From: Synechocystis sp. PCC 6803 substr. PCC-P
GTDB lineage: Bacteria; Cyanobacteriota; Cyanobacteriia; Cyanobacteriales; Microcystaceae
Assembly: GCF_000284455.1 (NCBI RefSeq)
Contig: NC_017039.1
Coordinates: 1,110,001-1,142,000, forward strand
Direction of reading: 5' to 3'
Length of the DNA stretch: 32,000 nucleotides
Positions 25,887-32,000 of the stretch are shown here, piece after piece; position 1 is the first letter of the stretch; every line of letters starts with the position of its first letter. Under the pieces are notes generated by a model. That model worked only from the letters and a program-made list of their open reading frames with translations. It did not search any database and was not told where the DNA came from. The translations under genes were made by a program, and so were the position numbers.

Positions 25887-25920
25887 AAGGGAAGGTGTTT
25901 GAGTCATCTTTCCTTTTTTG
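25887..25920 (+). terminator. Intrinsic terminator of the rbp gene
   Basis: An 8-bp stem pairs AAGGGAAG (25887-25894) with CTTTCCTT (25908-25915), including one G-U pair, around a 13-nt loop. A T-run follows at 25916-25919. The hairpin starts 44 nt after the stop codon. Confidence 0.55.
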
Positions 25921-25970
25921 CTAGGCAGGCTTGCTGATAGACTGGGGGAGGTAAATCTGGCTCTTTCCCT

Positions 25971-27422
25971 ATGTCGCTTATTCGTGCCCTGCACCAACAA
26001 TTAATAGATCAAGAAATTTCCGCTGTTGCCGTGGCCCAGGCGAGTTTGGCGCGGATTGAAGCGGTGGACGACAGATTGAAAAGCTTTTTGCAGGTGACAG
26101 CTCCCCAGGCGATCGCCCAGGCGGAAAAGGTTGACGCCCAGATTGCAGCGGGGGAACCCATTGGTCTACTGGCAGGCATTCCCATTGGCATTAAAGATAA
26201 CCTTTGCACCAAGGGCATTGTTACCACCTGTGCTTCCCAAATTTTGCGGGGTTTTGTGCCTCCCTACGAGTCCACAGTGACGGAGAAGTTGCAAAAAGCC
26301 GGGGCGGTCATGGTGGGCAAAACTAACCTAGATGAATTTGCCATGGGCAGTTCCACGGAAAATTCCGGTTACCAAGTGACGGCTAATCCTTGGGATTTAA
26401 CCAGGGTGCCAGGGGGATCTTCTGGGGGATCGGCGGCGGCCGTAGCAGCGGATGAATGTTTGATTGCTTTGGGGTCTGACACGGGGGGCTCCATTCGTCA
26501 GCCTGCTTCCCTCTGTGGGGTGGTGGGCATGAAACCCACCTATGGTTTAGTGTCCCGTTTTGGTTTGGTGGCCTATGCTTCCTCTTTGGATCAAATTGGT
26601 CCCTTTGCCCGCCGGGTAGAAGATGCGGCCATTCTGCTCCAGGCGATCGCCGGCCATGATAGTAGGGATTCCACCAGCCTAGATGTGCCCATTCCGGATT
26701 ACACCCAAGCCCTGAAGCCAGATTTGAAGGGAGTGAAAGTGGGGGTAATTATGGATGCCTTTGGGGAAGGTTTAGACGATACGGTCAATGAAGCAGTGCA
26801 AACGGCGATCGCCAAACTGCGGGAATTAGGAGCCACCATTGAGGAAATCCATTGTCCCCGGTTCCGTTCCGGTATTGCGGCCTATTATGTCATTGCCCCT
26901 TCCGAAGCGTCAGCTAACCTGGCCCGTTACGATGCGGTGCGCTATGGGCTGCGGGCGGAAGCGGATAATCTGATGGAAATGTACACCCACACCAGAGCCA
27001 AGGGTTTTGGCGCAGAAGTGAAACGGCGCATTATGCTCGGCACCTATGCTCTGTCCGCCGGTTACTACGATGCCTATTACCTCAAAGCCCAAAAGGTGAG
27101 AACCCTGATTAAACAAGACTTTGATCAAGCCTTTACCAAAGTGGACGTGTTGGTTTGCCCCACTGCCCCCACTACGGCCTTCAAAGCGGGGGAAAAAACC
27201 GATGATCCCCTCAGCATGTATCTCTCCGATTTGATGACCATTCCAGTTAACTTAGCTGGTTTACCGGCCATGAGTGTGCCCTGTGGCTTTGACGACAATA
27301 ATTTACCCATTGGCCTGCAATTGGTGGGCAATGTGTTAGGGGAAGAAATGCTATTCCGGGTGGGCTATGCCTATGAACAAGCCACCACATGGCACGATCG
27401 CCAACCGGATTTATCGGCCTAA
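25971..27422 (+). CDS. gatA: Glutamyl-tRNA(Gln) amidotransferase subunit A
   Basis: It carries the amidase signature [13 protein letters not shown]...[13 protein letters not shown] and GatA-type termini along the full length. Confidence 0.97.
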
Positions 27423-27464
27423 TATTTTATTGTTTAGCTGCTTTTCCGCAGGTCCAGCAATATT

Positions 27465-28367
27465 TTGAAATTGAAGCTGCAATCAAAACCGCCACGGCGA
27501 TCGCCAAGGAAAATAATTGTCTTTTTCTCGGCGTTCCTGCTCCTTGGGCCTTTTTTCTGCGGTCGTAGCCCCGCCCAGGAGTTAACCGTTCCTCTCACTG
27601 ACCTGTGTCCCGAACCGATCGCCGAAAGGATGACTCCCCATGTGGTGAAAGCTGGGGAAACCATTGACAGCATCGCCGCCCAATATCAACTAGTGCCGGC
27701 CACCCTGATCAGTGTGAACAATCAGTTGTCCAGTGGTCAAGTTACCCCAGGGCAGACGATTTTGATTCCCCCCTTTAACGGTCGTTTTGTTTCCGCACCA
27801 GCGGGGGCCACTTGGCGGGATTTAGCATCGGCCTATGGTTTACGGGCAGATATTTTATTTGAAATCAACGGTTGCACAGAAAAGCCCAGTCGTGCCTTTA
27901 TTCCCGGCATCAGTTGGGGGGGAAATGCCCCTAGCAATGTGGATAACTACACGGGCTTGGCCCAATGGCCCATTCAACCAACTCCCAAAATTGGCCTAGA
28001 TTACGGCTGGCAAAATCAGGCCGCGGGGCAAGATGCCTTTTTTCACAGTGGCGTAGATCTGTTAGCCCCCTTGGATACCCCCGTTATGGCCGCTGCCGCC
28101 GGGGAGGTGATTTTAGTTAGCCAGGAAGGGGCCTATGGTTTCCTGGTGGTCATTGACCATGGCAATGGCCGTCAAACCCGCTATGCCCATCTGAGTCGAT
28201 TTGCGGTGGATCCTGGGGAAAAAGTCCCCGCTGGTACTGTAATTGGCTATGTAGGCAGTACTGGCCGACCGGATATTGCTTCATCCCATCTTCATTTTGA
28301 AGTAAGGGTTCAATCCCCTGTTGGTTGGGCGGCCCAGGATCCGAAGTTACATTTACCCCGCCCATAG
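27465..28367 (+). CDS. LysM-domain M23 (LytM-type) peptidoglycan endopeptidase
   Basis: The LysM domain is HVVKAGETIDSIAAQYQLVPATLISVNN...GQTILIP. The M23 motifs are HSGVDLLAP, IDHGNGRQTRYAHLS and GSTGRPDIASSHLHFEV. There is an N-terminal signal-like segment. The TTG start is uncertain. Confidence 0.85.
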   Translation: MKLKLQSKPPRRSPRKIIVFFSAFLLLGPFFCGRSPAQELTVPLTDLCPEPIAERMTPHVVKAGETIDSIAAQYQLVPATLISVNNQLSSGQVTPGQTILIPPFNGRFVSAPAGATWRDLASAYGLRADILFEINGCTEKPSRAFIPGISWGGNAPSNVDNYTGLAQWPIQPTPKIGLDYGWQNQAAGQDAFFHSGVDLLAPLDTPVMAAAAGEVILVSQEGAYGFLVVIDHGNGRQTRYAHLSRFAVDPGEKVPAGTVIGYVGSTGRPDIASSHLHFEVRVQSPVGWAAQDPKLHLPRP

Positions 28368-28464
28368 TTAAACGATTTTCAGTCCTTTGTGGACCCAGGA
28401 ACAACCCCTGCCTCCGCCATATTTTTGGTAAACTAACAACGCTGTTGCCTTTAGCGGTTTTGCC

Positions 28465-28863
28465 ATGGAACTGGAACATCCTGACGATCTCTATTATTTG
28501 GATTCCCACGAGTACGTCCGCTTTGATGGGGAAACGGCCACCATTGGCCTGAGTGCCTTTGCCGTGGATGAGCTGGGGGATATTGTCTTTGTGGAGTTAC
28601 CCGAAGAAGGGGACAAAGTGGAATTTGAGCAGTCCATGGGGGCAGTGGAATCGGTCAAGGCCGCCTCGGATTTATATTCCCCTGTGACGGGCACTGTGAT
28701 CGAAAAAAACTCAGCTTTGGAAGATCAGCCGGAGTTGCTCAATCAAGACCCCTACGGGGAAGAAGGTTGGTTGATCAAGGTGCGCCTAGATGATGTGGAA
28801 GATGCCAAAGAAGGATTGATGGCCGCCGGAGACTACCGCGCCACCCTAGAGACGGGAGATTAG
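28465..28863 (+). CDS. gcvH: Glycine cleavage system H protein
   Basis: It has the lipoyl-lysine motif ESVKAASDLYSPVTG and the GcvH N-terminus YLDSHEYVRFDGETATIGLSAFAVDELGDIVFVELPE. Confidence 0.95.
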   Translation: MELEHPDDLYYLDSHEYVRFDGETATIGLSAFAVDELGDIVFVELPEEGDKVEFEQSMGAVESVKAASDLYSPVTGTVIEKNSALEDQPELLNQDPYGEEGWLIKVRLDDVEDAKEGLMAAGDYRATLETGD

Positions 28864-28956
28864 GCAGTCTGGGCGGGGGTTAGAGGTTAATCCTTTTCCC
28901 ACCTAATGGATACTTTGTGACAGTTCATACTTTCGCCGTCAGGGCAAGAAATCATT

Positions 28957-30729
28957 ATGCAAGCTGTTGATTACACTACCCTGATGGCCATTGTTGCTGA
29001 ACTCCAAGGTGATTGGCTACCCGCCCGCATCGAACAGATTTATCAGCATGATCGCCATGGTTTATCCCTCGCTCTGCGCACGTTAGAAAGACGGGGTTGG
29101 CTAACCCTAGCTTGGCATCCCCAGGGGGCAAGAATTTGTTTAGATCCTCCTCCGCCCCAGGAACCGGACACGTTTACTTTTAGCGATCAACTGCGGCATC
29201 AGCTTAAAGGACTGGCCTTAATTTCTCTCAAACCCCTACAGCCCTGGGAACGGGTCATTGACCTGGCGATCGCCAAACGGCCAGGGGATGAACCTCTATA
29301 CCATTTGTTTTTGGAGGTGATGGGCAAATATAGCAACCTGATTTTGACCGATGCCCAACGGCAAATTATCACCGTCGCCCACCAAGTTAACTCCCAACAA
29401 TCAAGGGTTAGAACGGTACAAACGGGGCAACCCTATCAATCTCCACCGGCTTTATTGGCCACACCTCCTTCGTTGACGGAAAGCTTTAGTAGTTGGCAAG
29501 AAAGGGTGCAATTAATCCCTGGTTTATTAAGTAAACAACTGCTGAAAAGTTACCGGGGAGTTAGTCCCATGGTGGTGAAAAATTTGTTAGGCCAAGCGGA
29601 TCTTGATTCCCAGGTCAGTAACCAAGATTTAACCGACGAACAATGGCAAAATATCTTTATTGCTTGGCAAAATTGGCTACAGAGGCTGGAGAAATTAGAT
29701 TTTTTGGGAAAAAGTTTGCCCCAGGGCTACATAGTCTTGGCAGAAACCACTGTTGTTAATGACGTTAAGCCAACTCAAGAAGAAGGTGATCGCCCTTTGC
29801 TCCCCATTAATAAATTGGTAAGTGAATATTACCGGAGAGAGTTAGGGCGGGAAAATTTCCAGCAATTACAACACCAAATTCAACAAAAACTAAATAATCT
29901 AATTGCTAAACTGCAACAAAAAGCCGACACGTTTAAACAAAGGTTAAATGCGGCCGCCAATGCCCAGCAATATCAACGGCAGGCGGATCTGTTGATGGCC
30001 TATCTCCACCAGGGGCAACCAGGGTTAAGCTCCATCACCCTACCGGACTTTGACGACCAATCTCCCGTTACCATTTCCCTGCAGCCGGATAAAACCCTAA
30101 TCCAAAACGCCCAACGACTTTACAAACAACAACAAAAATTAAACCGGGCAGAGGCGGCCATTCTCCCTTTGTTAGCAGAAGTGGAGCAGGAGTTGGCCTA
30201 CCTCACCCAGGTAGAAACCAGTGTGCAGGCGTTGACCGAATTTGATGATCTGGCCGATTGGCAAACGTTAACGGAAATTCGGGATGAGTTGGCGGAACAA
30301 AACTATTTAGCCCTTAGCCATGGCCGCCCCCGCCGTAAAGAAGCGGAAACTTTTGAGCCGCACCAGAGCCTAACCCCTTCCGGTTTTCCCCTCTGGATTG
30401 GCCGTAATAATCGCCAAAATGATTACCTTAGTTTTCGGGTTGCCACCGAGTATGACCTGTGGTTCCATGCCCAGGAAATTGCCGGCAGTCATGTGTTACT
30501 CCGATTACCCCCAGGGGCGATCGCCGAAGATCAGGATTTGCAATCAGCAGCGGATTGGGCGGCCTACTACAGCCGAGGCCGGGAGGAAGAACAGGTACCG
30601 GTGGTCTATACCCAGCCTAAATATGTCTTTAAACCCAAGGGTAGTAAACCGGGCATGGTGGTTTATCAACAGGAAACGGTTATTTGGGGCAAACCTGGAG
30701 CGGTTAATCCAAAGTTGACCCACAATTGA
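28957..30729 (+). CDS. NFACT-family protein (FbpA/RqcH-like, DUF814), 590 aa
   Basis: It has an NFACT-N region (LEVMGKYSNLILTD), a central coiled coil and a C-terminal DUF814/NFACT-R block (LWIGRNNRQNDYLSFRVATEYDLWFHAQEIAGSHVLLR). Confidence 0.85.
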   Translation: MQAVDYTTLMAIVAELQGDWLPARIEQIYQHDRHGLSLALRTLERRGWLTLAWHPQGARICLDPPPPQEPDTFTFSDQLRHQLKGLALISLKPLQPWERVIDLAIAKRPGDEPLYHLFLEVMGKYSNLILTDAQRQIITVAHQVNSQQSRVRTVQTGQPYQSPPALLATPPSLTESFSSWQERVQLIPGLLSKQLLKSYRGVSPMVVKNLLGQADLDSQVSNQDLTDEQWQNIFIAWQNWLQRLEKLDFLGKSLPQGYIVLAETTVVNDVKPTQEEGDRPLLPINKLVSEYYRRELGRENFQQLQHQIQQKLNNLIAKLQQKADTFKQRLNAAANAQQYQRQADLLMAYLHQGQPGLSSITLPDFDDQSPVTISLQPDKTLIQNAQRLYKQQQKLNRAEAAILPLLAEVEQELAYLTQVETSVQALTEFDDLADWQTLTEIRDELAEQNYLALSHGRPRRKEAETFEPHQSLTPSGFPLWIGRNNRQNDYLSFRVATEYDLWFHAQEIAGSHVLLRLPPGAIAEDQDLQSAADWAAYYSRGREEEQVPVVYTQPKYVFKPKGSKPGMVVYQQETVIWGKPGAVNPKLTHN

Positions 30730-30751
30730 TTTTGACGACCCCAATGGTTCG

Positions 30752-31966
30752 CTAACCTAAGCGGTTGCGATAATCTTCATAACCAAAGGTACGCCACAGT
30801 TCAAATTCCCCCGATCGCCGCAGACAACCAATGGCGGGATGGTGGACTCCATTAAAGGTAGTGGTTTTGACCATGGTGTAGTGCATCATGTCTTCAAAAA
30901 TTAGGCGATCTCCCACCTGTAAAGGTTGATCAAAGGCATAATCACCGAGAAAATCCCCCGCGAGGCAACTGGAACCCCCCAGGCGATAAACAGTATCTCC
31001 CGTTTGCGGCACTCTAGCTCCCCTTACTTCTGGCCGATAGGGCATTTCCAAGCAGTCAGGCATATGGGCCGTGAAGGAAACATCGAGCATGGCATGGGTA
31101 AATTCCGGTGTTTCGATCAGATCCTCCACCGTACTAAGTAAAAATCCTGTCTGCCAGGCGATCGCCGACCCCGGCTCCATAATCAACCGCAGATGGGGAT
31201 GGCGTTGGTGGAATTCCCCAATTACTGCAATGGCATAGTCCATGTCGTAGCCTTGGCTGGTCATTAAATGGCCGCCGCCTAGGTTTAACCATTCAATTTG
31301 GGGCAAATACTCGCCAAATAATTTTTCGATCTGCCCTAGGGTTTTTTCCAAAGCTAAATGATCGCTCTCACAAAGGTTGTGGGAGAGAAAGCCCGTAATG
31401 CCCGACGGTAAATTACCCGCCAACATTGCCGCTTGCACCCCCAACCGGGAACCGGACACACAGGGATTATAAAGATCGGTCTGCACGGGGGAATATTCCG
31501 GGTTAATGCGTAAACCTGCTTTTACCGCGGTATTTTTCAACGATTCCCGATAACGATGCCATTGTCCCAAGGAGTTAAAGGTAATGTGGCTAGCCAAGGG
31601 AATAATGGCTGGCAAATCATCGGGGCGATAGGTGGGGGCATAAACGTGCACTTCTTTGCCAAATTCCTCCGCCGCCAGTCGTGCTTCCCAGAGGGAACTG
31701 GCCGACGCCCCTGCTAACCCTGACCGCAACCAGGGAAAACAAGGAAAGAGGGCAAAACCTTTCAAGGCCAACATCACCTCAATCGGGGCGGATTGCTGCA
31801 ACCGTTCGAAAATCGCCAAATTTTGTTGTAACAATTCCTCTTCCAACACAAAACAGGGGGAAGGTAGGCTGGATAACCTGGGGTTTTCGAGAATGTTCAC
31901 CGCAAAACTGCTCACTTTAGCTATAGATAAAGAAAAAAGACTACTGCCAATAAAACAGTAGCCCAA
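30752..31966 (-). CDS. nspC: Carboxynorspermidine/carboxyspermidine decarboxylase
   Basis: It has a PLP-fold type III layout with the blocks PCFVLEE, ALKGFA, NLGGGH and CLAGD, plus the tail FEDMMHYTMVKTTTFNGV. The ORF-track start is a TTG at 31966. A GTG at 31915 or 31900 is a more likely true start. Confidence 0.85.
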   Translation of the reverse strand: MGYCFIGSSLFSLSIAKVSSFAVNILENPRLSSLPSPCFVLEEELLQQNLAIFERLQQSAPIEVMLALKGFALFPCFPWLRSGLAGASASSLWEARLAAEEFGKEVHVYAPTYRPDDLPAIIPLASHITFNSLGQWHRYRESLKNTAVKAGLRINPEYSPVQTDLYNPCVSGSRLGVQAAMLAGNLPSGITGFLSHNLCESDHLALEKTLGQIEKLFGEYLPQIEWLNLGGGHLMTSQGYDMDYAIAVIGEFHQRHPHLRLIMEPGSAIAWQTGFLLSTVEDLIETPEFTHAMLDVSFTAHMPDCLEMPYRPEVRGARVPQTGDTVYRLGGSSCLAGDFLGDYAFDQPLQVGDRLIFEDMMHYTMVKTTTFNGVHHPAIGCLRRSGEFELWRTFGYEDYRNRLG

Positions 31967-32000
31967 TCAAGTCTTGAGATTAACGGAGGTTGCCGGGGAG

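Noticed and set aside
28368-28464. Possible glycine riboswitch upstream of gcvH.
   Set aside because: The spacer is only 97 nt. I cannot find the paired-aptamer architecture or the conserved glycine-riboswitch core, so it is probably a plain promoter/UTR.
1-32000. Search for CRISPR arrays, IS elements or transposases, integrases and rRNA/tRNA genes.
   Set aside because: I saw no spaced direct-repeat array, no DDE or tyrosine-recombinase-like ORF in the six-frame track, and no rRNA- or tRNA-like sequence. The only pervasive repeat is the genome-wide HIP1 octamer.

Overview
This window looks like a Synechocystis sp. PCC 6803-type cyanobacterial chromosome segment. The HIP1 octamer GCGATCGC occurs about 30 times by my manual scan. 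I recognise the gene order from memory, not from a search: SLH/OprB porin, bgtB, a small phasin-like gene, glgP, cbiT, cdsA, a PilX-like protein, a TamB/TIC236-like giant protein, an AAA_35 ATPase, mscL, ruvA, a DUF92/VTE6-like protein, an SQR-like flavoprotein, an RRM protein, gatA, a LysM-M23 peptidase, gcvH, an NFACT/RqcH-like protein and nspC. About 90% of the window is ordinary core genome.

The outlier is the leftmost ~2.8 kb (1-2785). It is AT-rich and free of HIP1, and sits immediately downstream of the porin gene. It carries three things:
- a two-gene same-strand operon: an Abi-alpha (DUF4393-like) protein followed by a P-loop NTPase that runs off the window edge;
- an intact VapB/DUF2281-like antitoxin gene;
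- a vapC PIN toxin gene reduced to a ~160-nt remnant by an internal deletion and frameshift.

I consider the Abi-alpha + NTPase pair the best candidate for an uncharacterised defence or abortive-infection module.

Secondary points of interest:
- a perfect CRP-type palindrome (TGTGA-N6-TCACA) in exact class-II geometry with a TACAAT -10 box upstream of the PilX-like gene;
- an orphan AAA_35/STAND-like ATPase with an HTH-like N-terminal domain;
- several short intergenic repeats and palindromes.

I found no rRNA, tRNA, CRISPR array, transposase or integrase.
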